Positions 23,093 through 35,790 of a DNA stretch of 64,000 bases are shown here, one piece after another (position 1 is the stretch's first letter; each line of letters starts with the position of its first letter). A program made the translations under genes and the position numbers. Below the pieces are notes generated by a model. That model saw only the letters and a list, made by a program, of their open reading frames with translations. It did no database searches and was not told the DNA's origin. Source of the stretch: Psilocybe cubensis. Lineage: Eukaryota. Where the stretch lies: contig CM039004.1 in the NCBI GenBank assembly GCA_017499595.2, forward strand, positions 62,001 through 126,000, written 5' to 3'.

Positions 23093-24770
23093 AGGCTGGT
23101 CAACTTGCTGACTGTGAGGTGTCTTCAGAATGAACACGCTGCCCTCATACCTCGCATCCTCGAGCTCTCTATCGCATCGCCGTCACCAGGGAGTCCGTCT
23201 GGCAGCGAGTCGGATGGGCATGCTCCGTGCAGTCCCTCCTACTACGTGTTGTACAGGCCGTCGTCATTGGGCTGTTCAACGTTCAGACTGTAGGGTGAGG
23301 TCATACCGTCTCTTCACTCTCCACTGTTGTCACTCTCGCCACTGTGTATCCTGCAGCTATTCCCTCACTCCTACACTTCCCGTGTTGTGTGCGAGGTTGT
23401 TGTCACTCGCATCCGCAACCATCGCAAGCGTCGTGATCGCCTGCTCCTGCACATACCGCCTCACCTGCGTCTGGTCACCGCCCGGATTCAACAACTTCAG
23501 CAGGCGCTTGACAATCGGGTCAAGATAGGAAAGGAGGGTATCACGCTTGATGCCCTCGCAGAAGTTGATAAGCGCCGACGCGGTGTGCGCGTGGACTCGT
23601 GGTTCGGGATCTTCGAGGGCGGGGATGAGGACAGCGAAGAGTTGGCGGTGGAAGCGGTGTTTGTAATTGCTGGGCATTGCAAACTTGGTGGTGGGAAGTT
23701 GATATGTCGCGTCAGAGCATTCAACAAGGTCAGAACGCATCAAAGATACCGCAAGTCGACGTGCTTATGCGGGAAGTCGCTATCTGACTTGTGTCGAGAA
23801 CGCGTTCAGACTAGCTACGTTGTGTCGGAGGAATGGCAGCACGTGTGGGCAGCGGGACACACATTTATTCTGGCTCATCGGACGGCCTTGAAGTCGATAT
23901 GTCGCGTCAGAGCACTCTGGCTACACAAACGAGGTCAGGACGCATGAAGAATACCGCAAATTGACGTACTTACCAACTCTCCTTTAATGTCTTCTAACAG
24001 GTCACCTCGCGTGAAGTCGATACATTGCATCCGAGCATTCAGACTATAGAATAAAAGTCAGAATGTGCCCAAAGCACTTACCATATCTTGATATACAAGT
24101 TGGGTAGAACTATAAAATAGCAGATGGACCGCTCGCGGGAAGTCGATACGTTGCGTCGGAGTATTCAGACTATAAAGTAAACGTCAGAAAGTGACCAAAG
24201 CACTCAAATTCAACTTACTTACCACTCAATGTACAAGTCGAGTAGATGGGCAACTCCCGGGAAATCGATACGTCGTGTCGGAGTATTCAGTCTTTAAAAG
24301 ACCCAATGGACCGCTCGCGGGAAGTCGATACATTGCCTCTGAGCACTCTGGGCTGAAAAAAAAGGTCAGAACAACTCCCAAACCCTGCAAAGTGATGTGC
24401 TTACCAACAAGTCACCCTCAATACGACACCAGCTGTCCACACAAATGCAAAAGTCAGTACAGTGATCAACACCAGATGTAAACTACATACCTTTCAGTCA
24501 CCAAGCCTCTTTGCTCAATGTTCACCGGCCGTCCAAATCTCAAATCAAACCCTGCAATGCATGGTCAGTACCGTGGAACTCTGATGACGGCTGAAAAACT
24601 TACCCATGGTGGTGGTGGTTCAAAGTCAAAGTGTGATGCGACGGCAGTGTCCATGTTTGGCATGGCCAAACAACGGATAGCGGTGGTGGAACATTCCCCC
24701 AGCATCAGGGCATAATGCACGGCTGGAATTCAGCAAATGTACTCCCTCTTTATCCTTTTTTCTGCCAAGG
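23093..24770. repeat. Segmental duplication, copy 2 (of 9640-11149), truncated on the left by X2
   Basis: Identity begins at the AGG shared with the X2 terminus. Confidence 0.88.
23405..23665 (-). pseudogene. Importin-5/Pse1 (Kap121)-like HEAT-repeat gene fragment
   Basis: HRQLFAVLIPALEDPEPRVHAHTASALINFCEG...YLDPIVKRLLKLL...YVQEQAITTLAMVADAS. Flanks are unrelated and the fragment is absent from the duplicate at 9640-11149. Confidence 0.82.
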
Positions 24771-24958
24771 GGTGTCGAAAGAACTGCGTTGAAATGGATA
24801 CATTGCACAAAAACTACGCAAAATACAATGACGTGGCACTCGAGTTCAGACAATTTGAACATCTACGAGGCGCAGACTGTACTGAAACCCTAAACCCTCT
24901 CAAATTTCGAGCTGGATTCATATCAGCCCTTAACTTATCAATTAGGTACTAGTAACAC

Positions 24959-25257
24959 TGTAAGCCTGGAGACTTACCACACACGCAAACACGCACCGCA
25001 GGCGGACGCGCACAACAAAACGGCGCACAAACGCGAGCCCAGATTGGGTCTCGCTAATCAACTTACAAAGATATTGAGACCGAAAGACAAAAGGGAAACA
25101 AATGACCTTCGTTGCTTGACTAGAACGCTACGCAACGAAGGTAAATATATTATAGTAATTTACTACACATCATGTATAGACTAGAACGCTACGCAACGAA
25201 GAGAGCGTTGTCCCTTCTGTTTCAGCGAGTGAGGCTGCCGATCCCGACAGCCTTCCA
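24959..25257 (+). repeat. 5' LTR
   Basis: TGTAAGCCTGGAG...AGCCTTCCA. No differences from the 3' LTR seen by eye. Confidence 0.95.
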
Positions 25258-25314
25258 CTTTTTTTTTGAAGCCGACTACGTACCACCGCCGCACACTGTT
25301 ACCGTTACCGTAAA

Positions 25315-26976
25315 TTGCCCACACTGTATACCGAATCGTCGCGGACCACTCGAGCGTCGACCCAACGACGAGAAGAGCTTGGATTACCCTCAGAGCTTGT
25401 TCCAGGCCTTACTGTTTTCCGCAAACCACGAACTGAACCCCAAGGTCCACCGCCGTCACCGTCTGCCTCATCAGTGAATCTCAGCTTCTCAGATTCAGCG
25501 ACCTCTAACTCAGAGGACGAAGACCATACCGACACACACACTCCCACCGCGATCAGCAATCCGATCAGAGATCGACGCAATCGCCGCAACCCTAGGTATC
25601 CCACCGTTGTCAGAGTCAAGATGCCAAACGATGACGATAAACCGCTCGCTACGGTTGTCCAAAATAAGATGAAGGACGTACCGATTCTCACACCAGGGAA
25701 GATTGATCCTCTGGTAATGCAGCAGTGGGCGGTTGCTTGCCGCAAATACATGAAGCATGCAGCGAAGTCGCCAAAAGAAGTTGTGAAGTTTGTGGCCGAT
25801 GGAATGCAAGAACCAAGACTGGTGGCTTGGTATCAAGCAGATTCCACACGGATTGATGAACTGCCGCTGGAGAAATATCTGGAGGAGCTTCAAGTGCTCG
25901 TGTTGGAGAAGAAGTGGGCTCACAAAGTCCGTGAACAGATCCTAACGTCCTATCAGGGCGACCGTATTTTCATCGACTGGAAGATCGAAATGGAGAATTT
26001 GAATGCGATCTTGAAGACGATGGCACCAGAGGGGTACGCCTTCCCCAATGAAGCATTGAAGATACAGCTCGAGTCACACTTGAACCAGGAGCTTCGTGAG
26101 TCGCTCGGATTCGAGCCAGTCAAGGCCACCGAATTAGCCGCCTGGTCACTGGAAGTAAAGGACCGTGACGACCGCCTTCGTGAGGAACGTGCACGCACCC
26201 AACGTCAAATCGATGCGAGCTACGCAACACGAGTGGCTGCACGCAGGCTTGACAAGAAATCCTTGTTATTGCGTCTCTCGGATAGTCCAAATCCCAACCC
26301 TCGACCATCAAACAGCGAGTTCGATAATGGGGTGCGAAGGCCACTGTTACCTAAAATCACAGCAGAAGAACGTACATTACTCGACAATCACAATGGCTGT
26401 ACCAAATGCCGTCGATTTTACGTCAACCACCGCGCAAGGAACTGCCCAAATGGATGGCCAACAGCAAACGGATACAAGACCCTTACAGAAGAGATGGCAT
26501 TAAAGGCACAACGTGAGAAGGATGCCAAAGAGCAGGGCACTAGGAAGTCCTTGCCCGTGGGGCAAATCAATGCTTCCTCCTCATATACCGTGCATGACGA
26601 GGAGACAGATTCTGATTCGTACGTCCCTACCATGTCTATGACCGTTCCGCACCTCTTTCCAGTTATGGAGATTGAGGGGCCAGCGGTTGTGGATTTTCCT
26701 CTTCGCATTCGACCAATGCTTGATACGGGATCTCCTTCCACAGTGATTGACGAGACACTCGTCACCCAGCTCGGCCTCCCCCGATATCCACTACCACCCG
26801 CCGAGGACAATTTGTCATCGATTGACAATACACCGCTAGAATGCAGGGAGTATGTTAAGATTCGGGTTGCATCAGGAAACGGGAGCTGGATATCACGGAC
26901 ACATAAAGCAAAGATTCATCAAAACCTATCTATACCGCTGCTACTTGGATTGTCATTTCTTTCCCAGAAAATATAG
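25315..26976 (+). CDS. gag: Gag plus aspartic protease (start codon uncertain)
   Basis: Zinc knuckle CTKCRRFYVNHRARNC and protease motif MLDTGS. Ends at a frameshift within the protease C-terminus. Confidence 0.85.
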   Translation: MPTLYTESSRTTRASTQRREELGLPSELVPGLTVFRKPRTEPQGPPPSPSASSVNLSFSDSATSNSEDEDHTDTHTPTAISNPIRDRRNRRNPRYPTVVRVKMPNDDDKPLATVVQNKMKDVPILTPGKIDPLVMQQWAVACRKYMKHAAKSPKEVVKFVADGMQEPRLVAWYQADSTRIDELPLEKYLEELQVLVLEKKWAHKVREQILTSYQGDRIFIDWKIEMENLNAILKTMAPEGYAFPNEALKIQLESHLNQELRESLGFEPVKATELAAWSLEVKDRDDRLREERARTQRQIDASYATRVAARRLDKKSLLLRLSDSPNPNPRPSNSEFDNGVRRPLLPKITAEERTLLDNHNGCTKCRRFYVNHRARNCPNGWPTANGYKTLTEEMALKAQREKDAKEQGTRKSLPVGQINASSSYTVHDEETDSDSYVPTMSMTVPHLFPVMEIEGPAVVDFPLRIRPMLDTGSPSTVIDETLVTQLGLPRYPLPPAEDNLSSIDNTPLECREYVKIRVASGNGSWISRTHKAKIHQNLSIPLLLGLSFLSQKI

Positions 26977-27029
26977 TCATTGATACTCGGAAACGAACGG
27001 CTATTGATAAGCGTTCTGGATATGATTTA

Positions 27030-30000
27030 ATGAATCCACCAACAAGAGATACTCTTGCTGCAAAGAGCACTGCTATCTGTGAGGGATTAAAGACGGACGC
27101 AGGGATAGATCAGGACAAACAGAGAAGATCGGCCATGGCAAAGGAACAACATCTGCGATCACAGGTCGAACCAGAGCGTGCAAAACAGTTGGTAGCAGCG
27201 ATTAATGAGCAAATCAGCAACATTCAATTTCAGCAGAAGCTATTGCGCATGGACAAAGAAATGAAAGAGAAATATCGAGATCGCTTTCCTGACCGCCTAC
27301 CAGACAACGTAGATATTCCTGATCACATATATCACCGGATACGATTGGTGGACAAAGACAAGATACATGCGGGTCGAGGATACGCTGCTCCAAAGAAATA
27401 TCACGATGCATGGAAGAAGCTTCTTGACGAGCATCTGGCCGCGGGACGTATCCGACCATCCTCATCTGAATATGCATCGCCAGCATTCTGCATTCCAAAG
27501 TATAAAAACGGAGTACCTGACCTGTCAGTACCACCACGATGGGTAAACGATTATCGGGAGATCAATAAGAACACTATATCTGACAAATTTCCACTTCCAC
27601 GAGTAGATGACATTCTTGCAGACTGTGGAAAAGGCAAATTCTTTGCAAAATTAGACATGACCAACAGTTTCTTCCAAACACGAGTACACCCAGACGACAT
27701 TCACTTGACAGCTGTGCGTACACCATGGGGCCTATACGAATGGGTTGTGATGCCAATGGGCGGGAAGAATGCGCCAGCTACACATCAACGGCGAATGACA
27801 GATGCATTACGGGAACTCATTGCACAAGTATGTCACGTCTATCTAGACGATATTGTGATCTGGGCAGACACCTTGGAACAACTATCAGAACGAGTAGAAA
27901 AGGTCTTGAAAGCGCTTCGGAAAGCGGGACTTTATTGTAATGCGAAGAAATCAGTCCTTTTTGCAACTGAAATTATCTTTCTGGGACATGTTATTTCCGC
28001 AAACGGCATTCACGCAGACCCTGCAAAGACAGACCGAATCAAGAAATGGCCACGACCAACAAACGCAACAAATGTACGTGGATTTCTAGGACTCACAAGA
28101 TATCTGGCTGTCTTTCTCCCTGCGCTCGCGGAACATACTAGCATCTTATCACCACTGACAAGCAAAGAATGCGATCGCGACTTCCCCAAATGGACCGCCG
28201 ATCATGATCGAGCCTTTAACGCAATCAAGGAACTGGTTACAGGGGCGGAATGCCTCACTGTCATTGATTACGATGACCCTGAAGGGAAGATCTACGTGAC
28301 AACAGATGCAAGCGATAGGCGAACAGGTGCAGTCTTGAGTTTTGGAAAAGATTGGGAATCAGCAAGACCAGTTGCATACGATTCATATCAGCTGAAAGAC
28401 GCAGAAAAGAACTATCCAACACACGAAAAAGAACTCCTGGCAATTGTGAAAGCATTGAAAAAGTGGCGCAGCAGTCTTTTAGGGGTCAAATTTGAAGTCT
28501 ACACTGACCACCGAACATTGGAATATTTTCAGGCGCAGAAAGAGATGTCACGTCGGCAGATGAGATGGTCGATGTACATGGCAGATTTCGATTTCGAGAT
28601 ATGTTACATCCGAGGGGAGGAAAATGTAGCAGCAGATGCCCTATCAAGGATGCCGGACGAAGAGCCAAATTCAAGATTTGCAGCCTGTGCATTGGCCTAT
28701 ACACGGAACCCTAATCGCGCCCCAAGAGGATTTGTGGGATCAGTGTTATCTATTGAAATTGACCAGGAGTTTGTACAGGCAATAAAGGATGGGTATGATG
28801 CCGATCCGTTTGTTAAGCAATTTCGAGATGGAATGCAAAAGCACAGTCTAACAGGAGCACGAGAAGAAGAAGGGCTGATTTATCTTGGACAAAGACTAGT
28901 AATCCCAAACGATAGGAAGATCCGAGAACGACTGTATTATCTGGCTCACGATGTTTTGGGTCATTTTGGATTTGACAAATCGTATGAAGCATTACACGGG
29001 TCGTACTACTGGCCTAACATGCGAAGAGATCTCGAAAAGGCATATATTCCTTCGTGCACGGAATGTCAGCGAAACAAAGACCGAACAACCAAACCTACAG
29101 GACCACTTCACCCACTTCCTGTCCCAGACAAACGACTCACGTCAGTTGCATTGGACTTTATTGGACCATTGCCCGAGGAGAAGGAACGCGACACAATACT
29201 CACGATGACTTGCCGTTTAGGTACTGATATACAACTGATTGCAACTCACTCCTCATGGACCACAGAACAAATTGCGCACAAAGTTGTTGACCACTGGATT
29301 TGCGAAAATGGATTGATGGAAGAATTAATCTGTGATCGCGACACAATCTTTACATCAGATCTATGGACTGCAATATGCAAGATTTTGAATGTAAAGATCA
29401 AGATGTCGACCGCCTATCATCCAGAAACCGATGGAGCGAGCGAGAGAACAAATAAAACCGTCAATCAAGCAATACGATACTATGTGGATAGAAACCAAAA
29501 AGGCTGGTTAGACAAGCTCCCTCGCATTCGGTTCGCAATGATGAACACAGTAAATGCATCGACAGGATACTCGGGTTTCCAACTGAAGACAGGTCGATCT
29601 CCACGGATTATTCCTACAATGGCAAAGGCAAACAAGGATGCACCAATGGTGGAAACATCAGCAAGAGAGATCATTCGGAAAATTGAGATCGATGTGAAGG
29701 AAGCGCAGGATGCCTTACATACAGCCAAGATCCGACAAGCAGCTCAGGCAAATGAGCAGCGAGGTAACGAGATCGTGTACCAACCAGGCGATATGGTAAT
29801 GCTCTCTACAAAGAACCGGCGACGCAACTACAAACGGAAGGGGAAGAAAAGGGTGGCAAAGTTCATGCCACGGTTTGATGGACCGTACGTTGTAGAGGCT
29901 GCCTTCCCCGAACGATCAGAATATACACTGAGGTTACCAAACAACCCAAAGACGTTCCCGGGGTTCCATGCCAGCCTTTTAAAACCATTCGTGCCGAATG

Positions 30001-30248
30001 ATCCAGAGAAATTTCCGGACAGAGAATTGGTACGACCACCAACAGTGATAACCGAGGACGGGGTGGAAGAGACAGTGATAGAGAAAATTGTGGATGCGAG
30101 AAAACGTGGTAGAGGGATGCAATATCTGGTACGATGGGCTGGATTTGGGAAGGAGCATGATGAGTGGCTTCCAGGGCGTATGCTTGAAGAGAATGAAGCA
30201 CTGGATAGATGGGAAGAGGAAGAGGCCGAGGACAAAGAAGACGAATAA
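27030..30248 (+). CDS. pol: Pol: RT, RNase H, integrase, chromodomain
   Basis: RT YLDD, RNase H TDAS and YTDH, integrase HHCC (H..GH..C..C) and D..D..E core, GPY motif, chromodomain YLVRWAGFGKEHDEW. Confidence 0.95.
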   Translation: MNPPTRDTLAAKSTAICEGLKTDAGIDQDKQRRSAMAKEQHLRSQVEPERAKQLVAAINEQISNIQFQQKLLRMDKEMKEKYRDRFPDRLPDNVDIPDHIYHRIRLVDKDKIHAGRGYAAPKKYHDAWKKLLDEHLAAGRIRPSSSEYASPAFCIPKYKNGVPDLSVPPRWVNDYREINKNTISDKFPLPRVDDILADCGKGKFFAKLDMTNSFFQTRVHPDDIHLTAVRTPWGLYEWVVMPMGGKNAPATHQRRMTDALRELIAQVCHVYLDDIVIWADTLEQLSERVEKVLKALRKAGLYCNAKKSVLFATEIIFLGHVISANGIHADPAKTDRIKKWPRPTNATNVRGFLGLTRYLAVFLPALAEHTSILSPLTSKECDRDFPKWTADHDRAFNAIKELVTGAECLTVIDYDDPEGKIYVTTDASDRRTGAVLSFGKDWESARPVAYDSYQLKDAEKNYPTHEKELLAIVKALKKWRSSLLGVKFEVYTDHRTLEYFQAQKEMSRRQMRWSMYMADFDFEICYIRGEENVAADALSRMPDEEPNSRFAACALAYTRNPNRAPRGFVGSVLSIEIDQEFVQAIKDGYDADPFVKQFRDGMQKHSLTGAREEEGLIYLGQRLVIPNDRKIRERLYYLAHDVLGHFGFDKSYEALHGSYYWPNMRRDLEKAYIPSCTECQRNKDRTTKPTGPLHPLPVPDKRLTSVALDFIGPLPEEKERDTILTMTCRLGTDIQLIATHSSWTTEQIAHKVVDHWICENGLMEELICDRDTIFTSDLWTAICKILNVKIKMSTAYHPETDGASERTNKTVNQAIRYYVDRNQKGWLDKLPRIRFAMMNTVNASTGYSGFQLKTGRSPRIIPTMAKANKDAPMVETSAREIIRKIEIDVKEAQDALHTAKIRQAAQANEQRGNEIVYQPGDMVMLSTKNRRRNYKRKGKKRVAKFMPRFDGPYVVEAAFPERSEYTLRLPNNPKTFPGFHASLLKPFVPNDPEKFPDRELVRPPTVITEDGVEETVIEKIVDARKRGRGMQYLVRWAGFGKEHDEWLPGRMLEENEALDRWEEEEAEDKEDE

Positions 30249-30300
30249 CGCCATAGAGAACAGACCCTTTCACGATGGAATTCTTCAGAGGGGGGAGGGG

Positions 30301-30599
30301 TGTAAGCCTGGAGACTTACCACACACGCAAACACGCACCGCAGGCGGACGCGCACAACAAAACGGCGCACAAACGCGAGCCCAGATTGGGTCTCGCTAAT
30401 CAACTTACAAAGATATTGAGACCGAAAGACAAAAGGGAAACAAATGACCTTCGTTGCTTGACTAGAACGCTACGCAACGAAGGTAAATATATTATAGTAA
30501 TTTACTACACATCATGTATAGACTAGAACGCTACGCAACGAAGAGAGCGTTGTCCCTTCTGTTTCAGCGAGTGAGGCTGCCGATCCCGACAGCCTTCCA
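30301..30599 (+). repeat. 3' LTR
   Basis: Copy of 24959-25257, preceded by the PPT and followed by the TSD. Confidence 0.95.
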
Positions 30600-33500
30600 A
30601 ACACTCACGTAGTACGTAGTCTCATAATTTTCAAGTTGCAACATGAAATTTTTTATCCATCCCCGGAGAACACCACTCAATGAATGCAACAATACAATGC
30701 TAGAGCAAAAAGCAACGTACAAGCAGTAGCCTAGTCATACATTGAATCCATCCTAGTCCCTTCCGGATGCTCAGAACCGGCTCCAAGTTTGAACTTTTGC
30801 AACACAACTCACCAAGTACATGACATGAACGGGATACGACACTACCACACCTTCCCCATCCCAATCTTCCAAAATAACGCGGTTTTAATTGTCTGGAAAT
30901 TAGGTCGTCAGGGTCCTATTTGGGTGATGTATTGTCAACGTCAGGTCTAGCGGCGTCTTGAAAAACAGTTTGAGCAGAAAGGTGATGTTGGATATCCTGG
31001 AATTGAATGAATTAGTTTGTTTCCATTGAAAATGACAATGTACGTAGCTTTCTAACGCCATGGGACTAGGAATCCAGATGTCCAGAGTGAAGTAGTAGGT
31101 ATCCAGTACAGAGTTGCAGGCGCGTTGAGAACGGTTTGATTTGACCTCGCACAAAACATTGAAATTCACTTGAAAACCACACTCTGAATGTTGAAAGAAA
31201 CTTGAAAAGAAGTATATTTGGAATCTACAGACATACAGGAGTCTAAAACACAGAAGCACAGTGTACATACACTCGGCTAACGCTCGGTTAGTCCTCAAAT
31301 CATCTGTTGATCCCAAAATTGAACCCTGAAAACAGCACGGTACAACCCAAAAATGCATAGCGTAGTGGGCGTACGTACAGCAGCATGTTTGGGGACTATA
31401 AAAGGGCACTTTTTCTCATCCCGCTCCTCCTCCTCTGCCCAGCTCCGGGGTCTCTCCTCTCTCTCCTCTCCTCTTCAATTTTCTCCTGTTCGCTCCGCCT
31501 CCAGGTAAGCTAACACTGAGCTGGGGGTTTGCTGCCGCGACTGACGACTTTTTTTTGTTGTTTGAATGCCAGGTCATCACCTGTGAAGACCCAAGGTAAG
31601 CAAACCAGCACAGACCCGTCCAGCAACTCACCTTGACACCCACACAGGCCCCTCGACACGAACAATAGCGGTGTCTGCAACGATGTAGAATATAGATGGC
31701 ATACGACGTGAGCAGGTCATATCTGCACCCCAAAATAAAGCTTGAGGCATTATGTGCGTGTTTCTCTTCCTTCGTACTATCCATTCATTGACTTTGCCAT
31801 GGTAACGACCTGCACAGACTGACGAATAATTGTAACCATGTTCCGCCCAGAATCAGCATGGAGACCCCGTCGCGAAAGACATGTTTTGGCAGGAAGGGAT
31901 GTTAGATGCGGTGTGCGGTGAGCACCTTTCTTTTCTCAATGCAAAACCCCCATCGAAGGACGCGGCCCACAACACCCACACTTCCCTTGAAACCCGCGAG
32001 AAGGCGCAATAATTGGGCTGGTGAGCGTATTACTTAAAGACTCTTGCCTTGCTGTGTCCCACCACTTATCAACATGGGGAACATGTCATGAAACTTATAA
32101 ACGTCTTTTTTCAGTTTTGTAGCAGTAGGTTACTTGGTTATTGCGGGTATTCAGGATCCAGATATAAGCAACGCACCGGCGCAGCAGCACAGAAACGGGT
32201 CAGATAGTATTTTGGAGATGGCGAGGCGGACTGGCCAAGGGATATGCGAGACGATGAGGTGTGTGGATCTATTTTTGGATGTGCTGTGTTGTAAGCATGT
32301 GGGATGACACACGAGCAGAGTCTACAGCGAGTGTGGAGCAAAAGATGACGGGACGGAGGGTAGTTCTTGCCTGTAAAACAGTTTTGCACTGCATATATAC
32401 TTTTTCACAAGTCGTTTATGAGATGTTATTCTGTGAAACGATACAGGTGCTGTTTTCTCGCTCTATTTGTATAAAGACATTCTTAGGATCTCATCACATA
32501 GTTACTATATTGCGGCTTTGTAGCAGGGTTCAAAAACGCGCTTGATGCACTGTGAGCAACCCACCACCTTCCTCTGACACCCATTTCCTGGCCCCCATCC
32601 GCGCTGAGCAATAGGCCTGGTCACCTTAGATGCTAACGATGCGGGGTGACGTGCCGCTGTCTTGTTTACTGATCCTCGCTAACAATCGTTTGGTGTGGAC
32701 ACGGCAGTGACCTCAATCGCCATCCTACATACGCTCTGATGACGACGAGATGGGCACGAGCGGCGAGCGCGGAGGCCCTCTACAGCACCCTAATTCATCT
32801 CATTTATGCGGATTTGTCCAACTGAGGTCTCAGGTGAGAGGTATAGGTAATCATCAACACAGCGCCACGGAACTGAGGCATCAAAGCGCACGTAATCTTG
32901 TCAAACACCCAAGTGGTGCAGAATGTCATGCACTGCAACCGTGTTTGCGAGCTTACATTGGAGTTTCACTGAGAGTGGTGTAGAACAAGGGGTGGAAGAT
33001 TGAAATGAGGGCGCGGAAGTGGAAGAGAGGGATTCGCTCAAGGTGTGTTAAGACGCGTGAGGGTGATTTGCATGTATGAAATCAACGCAGTTAGTTGCCA
33101 GCAAGATATCTCGCTCTTCCTTTCGCGTTGTTCTTGATTGAACAGATACAGTGGGTATAGTGACTGGGCCTTGAAAATGGTGAAAGGCTGGCAGGTGAGT
33201 GATGCATAGATTCATGGTGTTGGTACATACTTTCCCCGCCACGCAACAGCAGAAGAGAGCGTCGGGGAGAACGGGGGTCTATACGCACCCTGGAGTTAAT
33301 TGAAGACGGCTGCTAGCTATTGGAAGGCGATACATGGCAGCGGTGTATATGTGGACGATGCGGGGCTGCGGGTACTTGATATGTAGCGAAATTTCGGGGT
33401 ACGACATGAACAACAAAGAGGTTTTGTGGGACAGGGTGCTGGCCAAGGGATGCCCATGCACAGCGCCAGAGTCCTGGGGCGCAGCGCATCTGCATACCTT

Positions 33501-33739
33501 TCTCACCTGCTTTTACCCGCTTGCTGGATTCTGTGGTTATTTCGCTGCTTGTGAGTGATTATTACTGCTTATCCCGCTTCTTTCTTTTTTCAATGTCTGC
33601 AACATTCTGTGGTAAGTTTGAAGCACTGAATAGATAGAATAGTATTTATAGTACTTGATTGAATGTGAAAATGAAGTTCTGAGGTGTTGAGGAAAGTCGG
33701 ACATGTCAAAAATTGTGGATACATTGGTACATACACACC

Positions 33740-33926
33740 AACCCTAATCTGCTACATATATAATTGTATTTACCAACCCTAACCAGCCTAATCTGTGCTT
33801 TTATGGTATTATCAAATCCCAACCAGCCCTAAAACCTAAACCCTAAACCATCCTAATCTGTATTTTTGTGGTCACCACCAACCCTAAACCATAAACCCTA
33901 ACCAACGCTAATATGTGTTTTGTGGT
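33740..33926 (+). repeat. Telomere-like subtelomeric module, copy 2
   Basis: Homologous to 13744-13896 (CCATCCTAATCTGTATTTTTGTGGTCACCACCAACCCTAAAC is shared). Confidence 0.8.
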
Positions 33927-34679
33927 GACAACATTAAGCGCCTGACAAAGAAACAAGGAATAGGATTGAAAACCATGAAATACAAAGACATAGTACAGGA
34001 CAGGGTTACCCAATGAGTGCATGCTAATCCCTCTTTACAGTCATATCGACCCACACGGGTCAAATTTTTCAACAAGCTCACCAACAATTGCACCTATGCA
34101 CCTATGCACATCCTCCCCGCCTCCCGATTCGCGATTCGAGCCCATCCCAATCGCCTTCATTCCACACGGCACATCCCGCTCTTAGCACCTAACTACTCGG
34201 CTCCGCTAGCGAGCTTTAAATTTTTTTTTTCTTCAAATCCCTAGAAGATTTGTGAAATGAGAAACAACGACACTCGTTGCAGCATGCTACGTACGTGGAA
34301 TGTGGTTCTGCACTGTTCTCGGGGATTAGAGGGGTGGGGCGTTTTGGATGGTGCATTTGAGTGGGTGTGGATAGGAGATTTCGGTGTGGATGTGGGGTTG
34401 GTGTAGTGTAGAAGAGATGCGGGTGTCTTGTACATGCCCTCATCGTCTAATCGACACTCTTACTCCAATATGCTGATGTTCAGGAGCCCCTGAGGGATGT
34501 TGTTTGCTTGATTCAGTCTGTGAGTGAGTGTAAAGTTGTACTGCAGCTGCTAATCCATTGTGGAAATCAATATTGTGGAGTTGGATGAAGTTAAGCGCCG
34601 AAATGAACGAGCTCTATATACATATAACTGAATGCAACACCACCACTCCCACTCCCCAACCTCGTAACAGGCTGCAACT

Positions 34680-35790
34680 TCCTCTTCACATCCCTCAACA
34701 CGCCCGTCCTCGGTGCCCACTCTCCAAACGCCCTTTTAAGCCTCTCAAACTCCTCTCTAAACAATCACCCAATCCGCTCGTCCGTAATCACATCCCTCAG
34801 CGCCCACGGGATCTCATAATCGTTCTGCTCCTGTGCCGCGTTGAACGGATCGACTGTTAGCGGTGGGTGGGTGTATGTGTAGGGCGGTAAATCAGGATCA
34901 GGGTTGGTATCAGGGTTGCCATATCCGTCGACAGCACGAATAGTAGAAGAAGCACACGTCAAAACCACCTGCACACTCCGCCCGTCATCAGCCAAAAAGA
35001 CATAATCCATTGCGAGCCTATAATACGCCTCCTCCTCATACGCCGTCGAATGTCCGATCCCGCTCAGACTCCCCGCCGTCGCTTCCGAGAGATGCGCGAG
35101 CGGCCCCGAGTCCGGTAATCCCGCGTTGCGGATATGCAGTAGGAGGATGAGGAGTGCGCAGAGGAAGTCTGATGATCTGTGTGTGCATACAAGAGGGAGA
35201 GAGAGAGAGGTGTTAGAAAAAAGCTTCTTTGAGAGAGTGGTTATAAAAAAAACGTACTAATATGCATCCCCATCGATATACAATGTATGTAAAATAAGCG
35301 GATAGTTTGCAGCAGTAAACAACCCCGAATAAATCGGTACAACTTGATCATTCAACGACGCGATATAGACCACTTTCGTCTATGCACCCACAAAGCACGT
35401 TAATAGCAACACACAAACACAGACACACACAGAGTGTGTGTGCGTGAAATGGAGTAAAGGATGTACACCATGATCCAAAACCCTAGTCAGCGCACTCACA
35501 TACGCCTTCGACACCGCGCTCTTCGTGTTTTATTTACCCATTCATCATCATTGTCAGGTTCATCCACGCATATCACCAAAGAACACAAACGCGCCTGGAA
35601 TTCAAACAGCTCCCTAGCAGCCATCGACTCAAAATACTGCAAATACGGTCCCACGAGCGTGCTCGAGCTCAAGTACCTCAACAGGCCCAGATGGATGCCG
35701 CACATCGCGAGGAGACATATACGCTGTGGTGTTCTTCCTTTGCGTGGTGGGGGTGGTACACCAACAGCAGATGCACCGGGGTCTACAACG
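34680..35790 (-). pseudogene. Intron-containing C-terminal fragment of a conserved fungal protein resembling the yeast YML020W family
   Basis: Exons read ICLLAMCGIHLG...YFESMAARELFEFQ, TKVVYIASLNDQVVPIYSGLF...LYIDGDAY, DFLCALL..IRNAG...GHSTAYEE..YRLAMDY and NDYEIPWALR. Family recalled from memory; the 5' part is not evident. Confidence 0.55.

Larger units (their letters stand above)
20243..23094 (+). mobile_element. Element X copy X2, left-truncated by X1
   Basis: Collinear with 53744-56417 (ORF 3' half, GC-rich repeats, terminal block). Confidence 0.85.
24959..30599 (+). mobile_element. Ty3/Gypsy chromovirus LTR retrotransposon, recent insertion
   Basis: 299-bp LTRs (TG...CA), 5-bp TSD AACAC (24954-24958 and 30600-30604), PPT GAGGGGGGAGGGG at 30288-30300, gag-PR and RT-RH-IN-chromodomain. 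Confidence 0.97.

Noticed and set aside
24885-24898. AAACCCTAAACCCT near the Gypsy insertion as a former telomere or targeting signal
   Set aside because: Only two units, ~55 bp from the TSD, with no demonstrable junction.
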